Positions 10,553 to 20,453 of a DNA stretch of 64,000 nucleotides are shown here, piece by piece; position 1 is the stretch's first letter; each line of letters begins with the position of its first letter. Under the pieces are notes generated by a model. It was not told the DNA's origin and did no database searches. It saw only the letters and a list, made by a program, of their open reading frames with translations. A program made the position numbers and the translations under genes. Source of the stretch: Symbiobacterium thermophilum IAM 14863 (GTDB lineage Bacteria > Bacillota > Sulfobacillia > Symbiobacteriales > Symbiobacteriaceae); assembly GCF_000009905.1 (NCBI RefSeq), contig NC_006177.1, positions 2,984,595 through 3,048,594 of the forward strand, in the 5' to 3' direction.

Positions 10553-11023
10553 CTATTCGGCGAAGCGATGCCGCACCAGCCGCGGGCGCTTGGGCCGCCG
10601 ATCGGCGAAGTCCTTCAGCAGCGGGTGGCCACCCTGCCAGTTGTCGGGCAGCAGGATGCGGCGATGATTCGGATGTCCGTCGAACCGGATACCGTACATG
10701 TCGTAGGTCTCCCGCTCGTGCCAGTTGGCGCCGGGATACAGGTTGGCGATGGACGGGATGTGCGCGCCCTGCCGCGGCAGGTCGACCTTGATGTGGATGT
10801 TGCGCACGCCCACCTCGTCCGGGTTGATGCGGGCGAGGCTGGTGACCAGGGTCAGGCGATCCTGCCAGTCGATCGCGGTGACGACGCTGCAAAAGGTGAA
10901 TCCCGCCTCATAGCAGGCGCGCACGACCTCCTCGTACCGGTCGGCCGGCACGAGGATCTCGGTGTCCCCGTTGATGTGGGTCTCAAACTGGGCGTCCGGG
11001 AAACGCTCCTTCAAGAAGTCCAA
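10553..11023 (-). CDS. nuoC: NADH-quinone oxidoreductase subunit C (30 kDa), not fused to D
   Basis: 156-aa NuoC-like sequence. Confidence 0.8.
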   Translation of the reverse strand: MDFLKERFPDAQFETHINGDTEILVPADRYEEVVRACYEAGFTFCSVVTAIDWQDRLTLVTSLARINPDEVGVRNIHIKVDLPRQGAHIPSIANLYPGANWHERETYDMYGIRFDGHPNHRRILLPDNWQGGHPLLKDFADRRPKRPRLVRHRFAE

Positions 11024-11089
11024 GCGGACTCACCCCCTGGAGTACTCTAAGCGGCGAATGCTGGGCGAAAGCGAGATGGCGCCCGGGAC

Positions 11090-11449
11090 TCAGACCCAGT
11101 GCAGCACGCCCTTCTTGTACGCGTAAAACAGCCCGACCGCCAGAACCAGGAGGAAGAGGAACATCTCGATAAGGGCACCGGCGCCGAGCACGTTGAACAC
11201 GACCGCCCAGGGGTACAGGAAGATCGCTTCCATATCAAACACAAAAAAGGTGAGTGCGAACACGTAGTACCGGATGTTGAAGTTCACCAGTGCATCGTCG
11301 AAGGGGAGCTCGCCGCACTCGTAGGTCTCGAGCTTTTCACCCTGGTTGGGATTGCGGGGCGCAAACAGCGCAACGAGTCCATAGTTCATGAGGGCAAAAC
11401 CGACGGCGACGATGATCGTCACCACCAGGTCTACGTAAGAGTAGCTCAC
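11090..11449 (-). CDS. nuoA: NADH-quinone oxidoreductase subunit A
   Basis: ND3-like (ECGELPF...FVFDMEAIFLYPW); GTG start with AAAGGGG upstream. Confidence 0.8.
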   Translation of the reverse strand: MSYSYVDLVVTIIVAVGFALMNYGLVALFAPRNPNQGEKLETYECGELPFDDALVNFNIRYYVFALTFFVFDMEAIFLYPWAVVFNVLGAGALIEMFLFLLVLAVGLFYAYKKGVLHWV

Positions 11450-11542
11450 CGGGCATTATCCCCTTTCCGAGAGCGACGTCGGAGGCCGCAGTGACCCGGC
11501 CTCCGGTCAAAGGGCAGGGCAACCGGCCCTGCCCAGATGATG

Positions 11543-12091
11543 CTAACCCTTCGTGATCAGGCCGCGCTTGCCGGTCTTGATCATCTCCTGGATCTCCATG
11601 AGTCCCTGGAGCAATGCCTCAGGCCGGGGCGGGCACCCCGGCACGTACACGTCGACCGGCACGACCTTGTGAACGCCATCGACCACGTTGTACGTGTCCC
11701 AGTAAGGGCCGCCGTTGGATGCGCACGCACCCATGGCAATCACAAATTTAGGCTCCGACATCTGGTCGTAGAGCCGCCGAACCACGACTGCCATCTTCTC
11801 GTTCACCGTGCCGGCCACGATCATCACGTCGGCCTGGCGCGGCGACATGCGCATCGCCTCGGAGCCGAAGCGGGCGATATCGTACTTCGAACTGCAGGCC
11901 GCCATCATCTCGATGGCGCAGCACGCGATGCCGAAGCCCAGGGGCCAGGTCGAGTTGCCGTAGCCCCACCCCAACACCTTCTTGATGACGTCGGGCAGTT
12001 TGCCGGCAATGACGTTCTCGTTGACGACGTCAATTTCCGAGACGACTACCTCGTCGTTGAGCCAATCCAGCTCGTGGCGCGCCTGGCTCAA
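11543..12091 (-). CDS. nuoB: NADH-quinone oxidoreductase subunit B (PSST, N2 cluster)
   Basis: [15 protein letters not shown] and VPGCPP cluster-ligand motifs. TTG start 5 nt after GGGGAGGTG; the longer ATG-initiated ORF to 12157 has no SD. Confidence 0.8.
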   Translation of the reverse strand: MSQARHELDWLNDEVVVSEIDVVNENVIAGKLPDVIKKVLGWGYGNSTWPLGFGIACCAIEMMAACSSKYDIARFGSEAMRMSPRQADVMIVAGTVNEKMAVVVRRLYDQMSEPKFVIAMGACASNGGPYWDTYNVVDGVHKVVPVDVYVPGCPPRPEALLQGLMEIQEMIKTGKRGLITKG

Positions 12092-12169
12092 GGTGTCACC
12101 TCCCCTGTTCTGGGAAGAGTCAGTTCGTACTAGGCGACCCCATGCACCTTCCGTCACACACTACTGCCC

Positions 12170-12199
12170 ATTATACTGTCATGTTTCTTTAAGAGTCAA
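12170..12199 (-). promoter_or_regulatory. Sigma-A type promoter of the nuo operon
   Basis: Minus strand reads TTGACT-18 nt-TATAAT in an AT-rich island about 70 nt upstream of the nuoB TTG start. Confidence 0.6.
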
Positions 12200-12285
12200 C
12201 GACGGCGGGGCGCCAAAGGGCTACGGCCCCGCGCCCTTCAAGATGAAAAGGCGTTATATGGCGGATGCACCGCAGGCATGCTGCC

Positions 12286-13041
12286 CTACAGCCCCGTCAC
12301 CAGCCGTTCGCGGAACTCGGCCAGGGAGCCCGACCGGCCCGGCGGAAGCGGCCGCCCCTCCCGGTCGATGAGGAAGTCCGTGATGAAGAAGACGTCGATC
12401 CCTGCCCGGGCAGCCGCGCCGTCCTCCTGCACGTCGTTGCCCACCATCAGGCACTCCTCGGGTCTGCGCCCGATTCTTTCCAGCACCTCGAGGAAGTACT
12501 CGGGCTGCGGCTTGCAGGCGTGCATCTCCTCGTATGCCGTCACCAGCCGCCACGGCAGGTCGTGCACCTCGATCCAGCGCATGCGCTCCTCGATGGCGAG
12601 GCGGGGGAAGAGCGGGTTGGTGGCAAGGACGATCTCGTACCCCTTTTCCAGCGCCGCCTCGACCACGGACCGGGCCATCCCGGGCAGCCCCGGGCAGGCC
12701 GCGCGCAGCTCAGGGAACCGGGTGCGGTAGAACTCCTCGAAAACCGGCATCAGCGCGGCCTCGTCGTGCCCCACGGCGGGGAAGAACGCCCGGGCGAAGA
12801 CCTGGGCGTTGGTGAGCGTGGGGTCGGTGTTGCGCACCATCGCCCCGGTGGCCGCCCACACCTCCTTCACCAGTTGCTCGGGAGGGATGATGTGGCCGAC
12901 GTACTCGGCCAGCGCCTGCATGTAGCCTCTGATGAACGCGTCGGTGTCGATGGGGAGAAGCGTGCCGTCCAGGTCAAACAGGATCGTCCGGACCAACGGA
13001 TCACCTCGTTCCACAAGTTTACGTCCTGGAGTATTGGGCAT
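12286..13041 (-). CDS. HAD-superfamily hydrolase (subfamily IA-like)
   Basis: ILFDLDGTLL motif I and later GNDVQED motif. Start placed at the ATG (MPNTPG) preceded by GGAG; the track ORF extends upstream only for lack of a stop. Confidence 0.65.
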   Translation of the reverse strand: MPNTPGRKLVERGDPLVRTILFDLDGTLLPIDTDAFIRGYMQALAEYVGHIIPPEQLVKEVWAATGAMVRNTDPTLTNAQVFARAFFPAVGHDEAALMPVFEEFYRTRFPELRAACPGLPGMARSVVEAALEKGYEIVLATNPLFPRLAIEERMRWIEVHDLPWRLVTAYEEMHACKPQPEYFLEVLERIGRRPEECLMVGNDVQEDGAAARAGIDVFFITDFLIDREGRPLPPGRSGSLAEFRERLVTGL

Positions 13042-13248
13042 TCCGCCGCCAACTCCTGCTCGCGCTTGGTGCTCACCGCTGCTCACGGCTCCGGGCAGGC
13101 GAGCCAGCAGGGCGATTGTCGAAGTAATGTCGAACGATTCTGCACACTTCGACACGGAATCCCCTTGCGCGAGGGTCACCGAGCAGCTAACATAGGGTTA
13201 GCGCGAATCACCATATGTTTCTGCAAATCTTCGTAGGGGGGAAAGCCG

Positions 13249-14136
13249 TTGCCGCTGTCACGCCTGCGTCGCCTACTCGAAGAGGAACGCTACCGCGAAG
13301 CGCAGCTAGAGGGAGAGCGGCTCATTCATGCAGGAACACTGACGGCAGAAGAGTTGGCCCACGCCTACAAGGGAACCGCCATGGCCAGCTATTACCGGCG
13401 GGAGGTCTACGCCGCGATCAAGCTGGGCGAATATGCGTTGGCGGTTGCGGAACGCACGACCAACTGGGAACTCATCAACAAATGCCGCTATGACCTCGGT
13501 GAGTACTACCTGACCCTCGGCGACTACCCCCAGGCCTTTGACCACCTATTTCAGTGCCTCGATGATCTACATCGCACGCCGCATCTGATGGAGGTGGAAG
13601 CCGGTACCCACCACAAGTTGGCCCTGCTCTTCCGCTACCGCCGGCAGTACGCGGACGCGATCGGATCGCACCACCTCTCCCTGGACCTGCTCCGGCGCTG
13701 CGGCCACTGGCCGCTGCTCATGGAGGCGCTGCGCGGCCTGGTCTACTGCTACCTGGCCCTCGACCAACCCGACGAGGCGCTCCCTTACCTGGAGCAGCTG
13801 GAGCATCTCCTGGGCGAGCACCCGAACGACCAAGTCGCCGCCAGCCTGCTCACCGACTGGGCTTATTACCATCAGAGGACTGGCGACCTGCGCCAGTCCA
13901 TGGCCTTCTGCACCCGGGCGATGGCCCCCGGCCTGCCCGGCCAGGACGAAAACGTCCTCTCCACCGCATCGGTCATCGCCGGCGAGAACGCCCTGTCCCT
14001 GGGCCGGTACGACGAGGCCCAGCTCTTCGCGAACCTGGCGATGCAGTACGCCCTGGAGTCCCGCCAGTCGGCCCTGATGAACCGGGCAGCGGCCCTGCGC
14101 CGAAAGCTATATGAGCGGGGCCAAGCCCGCCCCTGA
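13249..14136 (+). CDS. TPR-repeat protein (Rap/RNPP-like helical repeat domain, no HTH)
   Basis: All-helical repeat sequence with repeated Y/L/A spacing; TTG start after GGGGGGAAAG. Confidence 0.5.
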   Translation: MPLSRLRRLLEEERYREAQLEGERLIHAGTLTAEELAHAYKGTAMASYYRREVYAAIKLGEYALAVAERTTNWELINKCRYDLGEYYLTLGDYPQAFDHLFQCLDDLHRTPHLMEVEAGTHHKLALLFRYRRQYADAIGSHHLSLDLLRRCGHWPLLMEALRGLVYCYLALDQPDEALPYLEQLEHLLGEHPNDQVAASLLTDWAYYHQRTGDLRQSMAFCTRAMAPGLPGQDENVLSTASVIAGENALSLGRYDEAQLFANLAMQYALESRQSALMNRAAALRRKLYERGQARP

Positions 14137-14239
14137 CACGGCCTTCGAGGTTCGGGCGGATGCAAAAAGAGACCCGGTACAGCGTACCGGGAGCCCGACT
14201 GGTTGCTTCATCGACAAACAACGGAAAGGGGAGAATCGA

Positions 14240-14341
14240 ATGCGCCGGATCCTCATCAGCCTGTTCATCATGGCCAGCATGCTCGCCATGGCCGCGACCG
14301 CCCTGGCCGAGCCGCGGAGCGGCGGTCCTTCCTCTTTCTAA
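14240..14341 (+). CDS. 33-aa secreted pre-peptide (candidate signalling pro-peptide), MRRILISLFIMASMLAMAATALA/EPRSGGPSSF
   Basis: Strong SD AAAGGGGAG 7-8 nt before the ATG. Canonical signal peptide with AxA cleavage site. Sits about 100 nt downstream of the TPR gene. Confidence 0.5.
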   Translation: MRRILISLFIMASMLAMAATALAEPRSGGPSSF

Positions 14342-14418
14342 GCTTTACGGACAACAACTTAGGCGCTGCATTCATGCAAGGTCGGCGGAGGCCTGTCCTC
14401 CACACAGGAGGACGGGCC

Positions 14419-15099
14419 TCACCCTTTGTGCGCCTGCGACGCGCCCCGGATGAGCAGGACGAGCTCCTCCGGCGTGATCTGCGCCTCGGCCGCCATCGAG
14501 ATCGCCTCGGCGTATCGAATCATCTGGGCCGGGGTTATGTCCACCGGCGCCGACTCCATGCGGCCCCGGGCGTAGAAAGAGAGCGGGATGCCCGTGATGG
14601 AGACCATCTGGCTCAGCACCATCGGGCCGACCTCGCAGTTGCGCTCCATGATGTCGTTCAGCGCCCGCACCGAAAGGCCGAGCTGGTACGCGACCACGGG
14701 ACGTGTGAAGGTCTCGGGGAATTCCTGGCACAGGAAGTCGACTACCCGGGCGAAGCGCTGCTCGACGGTCTCCAGCTCGATCTTGCGCCGCTCCTCCGGT
14801 GACAGTTGCTCGTAGTAGCGGGCAAAGCGCTGCCCCACCGTCCAGGCCTGTCCACCGATGAGCAGGGCGGCGCGGTCGTCATAAGGCGGCGCGTGCACCT
14901 CGCCCAGGAGGAACGCGATGCTCACGCCCAGCGCCTTGGCCAGGCGCCCCAGGGCATCGATGGTCGGGTTGACCTTCGCCCCCTTCTCCAGTTGCGAGAT
15001 GTACCCGACCGCGAGGCCGCTCTTCTCGCTAACCTGCTGAAGGATCAACCCCTGCTGGTTCCGCGCCCAGGCCAGCCTTTCACCCATGGTACTGTGCAT
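14419..15099 (-). CDS. XRE-family HTH transcriptional regulator with about 150-aa helical C-terminal domain
   Basis: N-terminal HTH_XRE (LAWARNQQGLILQQVSEKSGLAVGYISQLEKG); start at the ATG 5 nt after GAAGGGGGGG. Confidence 0.65.
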   Translation of the reverse strand: MHSTMGERLAWARNQQGLILQQVSEKSGLAVGYISQLEKGAKVNPTIDALGRLAKALGVSIAFLLGEVHAPPYDDRAALLIGGQAWTVGQRFARYYEQLSPEERRKIELETVEQRFARVVDFLCQEFPETFTRPVVAYQLGLSVRALNDIMERNCEVGPMVLSQMVSITGIPLSFYARGRMESAPVDITPAQMIRYAEAISMAAEAQITPEELVLLIRGASQAHKG

Positions 15100-15152
15100 G
15101 GTCGCCCCCCCTTCGCCACACACGCTCCCCACATCAAGAGTTTGGGACCTTC

Positions 15153-15190
15153 ATTTTAACAGCACGTGAGACTGCGAGTCAACTGTTGAC
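15153..15190 (-). promoter_or_regulatory. Promoter of the XRE gene with overlapping palindromic operator GTCAACTGTTGAC
   Basis: Minus strand reads TTGACT-17 nt-TTAAAAT; perfect 6-1-6 inverted repeat overlaps the -35. Confidence 0.5.
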
Positions 15191-15273
15191 AGATTATTTC
15201 GCGTTCAACGACATAACCGGGAGGGACGCACCGTCTGTCGAACCGGCACGCCCCTCCCGCTGCTGCCGCCGCG

Positions 15274-16596
<1,323 letters not shown>

Positions 16597-16654
16597 CTAA
16601 CACGGCCCTGCCGGCGGATCCAGCAACTGTACTACGATATGCATACAGTTGGGG

Positions 16655-16692
16655 ACAAAAAACCAGGGCCCCTCCCGCTCGGGGAAGGGCCC
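16655..16692 (-). terminator. Intrinsic terminator downstream of the yaaR-like gene
   Basis: Minus strand: GGGCCCTTCCCC-gagc-GGGAGGGGCCC hairpin followed by TGGTTTTTTG. Confidence 0.65.
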
Positions 16693-16698
16693 AGGGTC

Positions 16699-17148
16699 TC
16701 ACATCCGGACGTCCAGGAGCAGCCCGCGGATCTCGTCCACCGCGGCGAGGATCGCCAGCCGGTCCTGCTCCTGCTCCAGCACCATGCGGGCGAGCTCCTC
16801 CAGCCGCTGGTCCACCCGCTGGATGGTGACCATCGTCCGCTGCTCCCAGGCGTAGGAATCCCACTCCAGGTTCTGCCGGACTTCCATCATGTGGTGGGTC
16901 AGGTCGCGGAAGAGCCGGCCGATGGCCTCCCGGTAAAGTTGCAGGTCGTGCTGGCTGAGCGACTCCGTCAGCCGGCGCCCCAGCTCGTCGATCTCCTGCA
17001 GCGCGCGGTCAATCCGCTCGTTGAACTGCATGGCGTGCGACCGCGCCAGCTGTTCGCGAAACGGCACCCGGGTTGCGGGCGTGGCCCGCTCTCCGTGGCC
17101 TGTGGTCGCGATGCGGGTCAGGCCGGTGATCAGCCTTACCCGTTCCAT
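16699..17148 (-). CDS. YaaR/DUF327-family protein
   Basis: Resemblance to Bacillus YaaR over the C-terminal half; start at the second ATG, 6 nt after AAAGGGGG. Confidence 0.5.
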   Translation of the reverse strand: MERVRLITGLTRIATTGHGERATPATRVPFREQLARSHAMQFNERIDRALQEIDELGRRLTESLSQHDLQLYREAIGRLFRDLTHHMMEVRQNLEWDSYAWEQRTMVTIQRVDQRLEELARMVLEQEQDRLAILAAVDEIRGLLLDVRM

Positions 17149-17161
17149 CGGCATCCCCCTT

Positions 17162-17605
17162 TCACGCCTGCTCCCCGAGCGCGTCCACGGCTGCCAGAAT
17201 CGTCTCGGTGGCGGGCATCCCCGGCTGTACCCAGCGCACGATGCCGTTGCGGTCCACCAGGACCACCGTGCGGGCGATGAACCCCAGCGCGTTCAGCACG
17301 CCGTACGCTCGCGCCACGTGCTTCCCCTCGTCCGCGCAGATCGGGAAGCCGAAGCGGTTCTTCTCCGCCCACCGCTGGTGCGAGGCCAGGCTGCCGGGAT
17401 TGACGGCCACGACCTGCACATCCCGCGCGGCGTACGCCGCGGCCGCGTCACGCGCAGCCGCCAGCTGCCGGTTTCAGCCCGGGGTGTTGTCCTTCGGGTA
17501 AAAGATGATCAGCGCCCGCTTCCGCCCCCGCAGTGCGGAGAGCGTGAACGGCCCCTCCGTGGACTCGAGGGTGAAATCCGGAGCCACCTCGCCCGGTTGA
17601 ACCAT
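17162..17605 (-). CDS. bcp: Bcp-type peroxiredoxin with in-frame TGA (17474-17476) at the peroxidatic-Cys position: probable selenocysteine peroxiredoxin
   Basis: N-terminal piece MVQPGEVAPDFTL...ALIIFYPKDNTPG stops at TGA. Same frame continues NRQLAAARD...VQVVAVNPGSLASHQRWAEKNRFGFPICADEGKHVARAYGVL, colinear with Bcp FYPKDxTPGCTxEACxFRD...GVSxDSxESHxKFAEKxxLxFPLLSD. GGGAG SD before the ATG at 17605. Hairpins GCAGC-UGGCG-GCUGC and CGCGGC-GUAC-GCCGCG lie just 3' of the UGA. Confidence 0.6.
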
Positions 17606-17679
17606 CGGCGCCTTCACTCCCGTTTCCTTTTGATCGGCTATTCGCCGCAGCCCGCCAGATTCCTCCAGCCCCGCGGCGA

Positions 17680-18723
17680 TCAGTGCCACACCGGATGGCC
17701 GAGGAAGGCGGAAATGGGTTCCGCCAGGCGGTGCGCTTCCAGAAGCGCCGCCCGGTGACCGGCCAGCGACTCCAGGACCCACACCTCCGCACGGCCGCCG
17801 TAGGTCCGGACCAGATCCGCGAACTCCCGGCCGGCGGACGGCGGGAACAGGATGTCGCTGGAGACCGGGATCAGCAGGATCTCCGCGGCGATCTTCTGCG
17901 CCGCGACGTCCAGGTCCCGGTTTCCGTGGGCGATGTTGTGCAGGAGAGCCATGCGGGCGGCGGCCGCGAACCGGCCGGGGTCCAGGTGCGCCGCCAGTCG
18001 TTCCGCCTCCGCCTCTACCTCCGCCTGGAAGGCATACCGCCCCTCCGGCCCGGTCCAGGGGTGGGGCGAAGCCGGCGCCGTGCGCCGCCCCCACACGGCG
18101 TCGAGCCAGTCGTTGGACGACGAGAGCGTCAGGTACAGCCGCAGGGCGTACAGCAGCCCTTCGGCCGGGTCGGTCCGGATGGCGTCGATGGCGGCCTGGC
18201 AGACCGCCAGGGCGAAGAGCGGACTCGCCTGGTGGCCGCTGGCCACCGCGATGACCTGGTCCACCCGGTCCGGATAGGTGACGGCCCACTCCAGGGCCTG
18301 GAAACCCCCGGTCGAGGGGCCCGCGACGCAGGCCAGCCGCTCGATGCCCAGCGACTTCAGCAGTTGCCGCTGCAGCCGGACGTTGTCGCGCACCGTGATC
18401 TGCGGGATCGCCTCCCCCGTACCCCAGCCGCAGAAGGTGTCGGCCGCGATCACGAAGTAACGGTCGGTGTCAAATGCCCGGCCGGGCCCGATCAGCGGCT
18501 CCCACCAGCCCGGTCGGGGGTCAGCCGGGCCCGCGGCCGCGTGGCAGTCCGCCGCGAGCGGGTGACAGAGCAGCACCGCGTTGTCCCGCCGGGCGTTCAG
18601 CCGCCCGTAGGTCTCGTAACCCACGGTGGCCGAAATCGTCTCCCCCACCTCCAGCCGCAGCCGATCAGTAGAGAAGAGCTGTCTGGTGTTGGTCACGCGC
18701 GTTGTCGCCTCCTGAGCGCGCAT
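17680..18723 (-). CDS. metX: Homoserine O-acetyltransferase (alpha/beta hydrolase)
   Basis: GYETYGRLNARRDNAVLLCHPL...GPSTGGF matches the MetX N-terminus and nucleophile elbow. The track ORF is an upstream run-on; start set at MRAQEATT. Confidence 0.75.
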   Translation of the reverse strand: MRAQEATTRVTNTRQLFSTDRLRLEVGETISATVGYETYGRLNARRDNAVLLCHPLAADCHAAAGPADPRPGWWEPLIGPGRAFDTDRYFVIAADTFCGWGTGEAIPQITVRDNVRLQRQLLKSLGIERLACVAGPSTGGFQALEWAVTYPDRVDQVIAVASGHQASPLFALAVCQAAIDAIRTDPAEGLLYALRLYLTLSSSNDWLDAVWGRRTAPASPHPWTGPEGRYAFQAEVEAEAERLAAHLDPGRFAAAARMALLHNIAHGNRDLDVAAQKIAAEILLIPVSSDILFPPSAGREFADLVRTYGGRAEVWVLESLAGHRAALLEAHRLAEPISAFLGHPVWH

Positions 18724-18848
18724 GAAGGGCGCGTCGCGCTGCGCCCCGCTGCGCCGGTCTTCAGGACTTGGCGAACCAGACCGGCATCTCCTGTCTTCCT
18801 GCGGCGGGGAATGCTGGATTCCAGCCGTTTCGGCGGCCGCTGCCGGGG

Positions 18849-19556
18849 TTACCGCGCCGGTCCCCCCGCCCGCCGGGCCGCACGACCCGATGAGACCCTC
18901 GCCCGCTGCACCGACCCCTTCCCGGCCTGCCGGCCGAACCGGCAGTGGGGCAGGAGCGGGCACTGACTGCACTGCGGGTTCCGGGCGTGGCACACCTGGC
19001 GGCCGTGGTAGATCAGCCAGTGGTGCGCCTGCGACCAGTACTCCCGAGGGATCCGCTCCATCAGCTGCCGCTCGGTCTCCTCGGGCGTCTTCGCCTCCGC
19101 CAGCCCCAGCCGGTTGGCCACGCGGAACACGTGGGTATCCACCGCGATCGCCGGAATCCCGAAGGCGTTGGAGAGCACCACGTTGGCGGTCTTCCGGCCG
19201 ACGCCGGGCAACTGAATCAGCTCCTCCATCGTCGACGGCACCTCGCCGCCGTGCTTCTCCAGCAGCATCTGGCTGAGCCCCTGGATGTTCTTCGCCTTGC
19301 TCTTCCACAGCCCGCAGTCGCGGATCATCTCGCCGATCTCGTCCACCGACAGCGCCGCGAAGTGTTCGGGACGGTTGTAGCGGGGGAAGATGCGGGCGGT
19401 GACGATGTTGACCCGGGCGTCGGTGCACTGGGCCGAGAGGACGGTCGCCACCAGCAGTTCAAACGCATTCCGGTGGTTGAGCGCGCACTTGGCGTCCGGG
19501 TACATCTCCTCCAATTTCCTCAGAATCGCCTCGGTGTCCACGGACTTGCGTGCCAT
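18849..19556 (-). CDS. nth: Endonuclease III (DNA glycosylase/AP lyase, HhH-GPD with 4Fe-4S)
   Basis: LVATVLSAQCTD, HhH LPGVGRKTANVV, C-x6-C-x2-C-x5-C cluster loop; the long upstream track ORF is a run-on. Confidence 0.8.
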   Translation of the reverse strand: MARKSVDTEAILRKLEEMYPDAKCALNHRNAFELLVATVLSAQCTDARVNIVTARIFPRYNRPEHFAALSVDEIGEMIRDCGLWKSKAKNIQGLSQMLLEKHGGEVPSTMEELIQLPGVGRKTANVVLSNAFGIPAIAVDTHVFRVANRLGLAEAKTPEETERQLMERIPREYWSQAHHWLIYHGRQVCHARNPQCSQCPLLPHCRFGRQAGKGSVQRARVSSGRAARRAGGPAR

Positions 19557-19706
19557 GCTGTCACTCCTGTCTCGGTTCGCCGGCCGGAACCCGCGGGGAT
19601 CCCGCGGAGAACCGCTGCCGCTTTTCGGGTGGGCGGCGCGTTCCGCCGCACGCCCGCCTGACGTCGAAACAAGGGTACGCTCTATGTCTTGAAAGGGGGT
19701 CGGGCG

Positions 19707-20432
19707 ATGGAGGCCCTGCTCGCACAGATCCTGGTCGGGCTGGCTTCGCCGGACGGGGAGCGGCGGGTGCAGGCAGCCCGCGAACTGGAGGCGCTGCTGT
19801 CCGCCCGGCTGGACGAAGGCGAAACGGAATGGACCCCGGTGATCGACGCCCTGCTGCCCTCCATGGTGGCGGGGCTGGGCGACCCCGAGAAGGGGGTGCA
19901 GGTGCACTGCGCCAACTGCCTGGAGTTCCTGGCGTACCAGTCGGGAGCGGTGGTGCCGGCCCTCCGGGCGGCCCTGAAGCCGCCGGACGGGCGGCAGGCC
20001 TGGACGGCCGCCTTCGTCCTGGCCCGCCTCGGCCTGTGGTCGGACGAGGTGGGCGAGGCCCTGTCCGCGGCGATGGGCGCCCCGGACCGGGACACGCGCT
20101 GGGCCGCAGCCGGCTTCGCGCTGGGCCTCGGCCGTGCGCACCCCGAGTGCGTGGCGATGGTCAGGCGGACGCTCCGTGCACCCGTGCCCAACGCCCGCAA
20201 GATGGCCGCCTACTGCCTGGGCGCCATGGGGGAGTACGCCGATGTCGCCGCGGACCTGGCCGATCGGCTGGCTGACCCCGACCGGGACGTCCGCCGGGCC
20301 GCGGTCCTGGCCCTGAACCGGCTCCCCCATGTGGATGCGGCGATCCGGCAGGCCGTGGCCCGGCTGCGGCAGGATCCCGACGAGTTCGTGCGCCGGGCCG
20401 CCGACGCCGTGGCGGCACGCTGGGGCGTCTGA
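19707..20432 (+). CDS. HEAT/PBS-lyase-like repeat protein
   Basis: Repeated (D/E)xxVRxxAxxALGxxG units; ATG after AAAGGGGGT. Confidence 0.55.
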   Translation: MEALLAQILVGLASPDGERRVQAARELEALLSARLDEGETEWTPVIDALLPSMVAGLGDPEKGVQVHCANCLEFLAYQSGAVVPALRAALKPPDGRQAWTAAFVLARLGLWSDEVGEALSAAMGAPDRDTRWAAAGFALGLGRAHPECVAMVRRTLRAPVPNARKMAAYCLGAMGEYADVAADLADRLADPDRDVRRAAVLALNRLPHVDAAIRQAVARLRQDPDEFVRRAADAVAARWGV

Positions 20433-20453
20433 CCGCGGCCCAGGCAGGCGGGG

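Noticed and set aside
12157-12158. ATG start of nuoB at 12157 as in the ORF track
   Set aside because: No SD; it would sit essentially at the predicted TSS. A TTG at 12091 with GGGGAGGTG gives a NuoB of normal length.
14111-14341. 76-aa version of the small peptide ORF
   Set aside because: The upstream ATG has no SD and overlaps the TPR gene end. The internal ATG at 14240 has a strong SD and yields a canonical signal peptide, so the 33-aa form is preferred.
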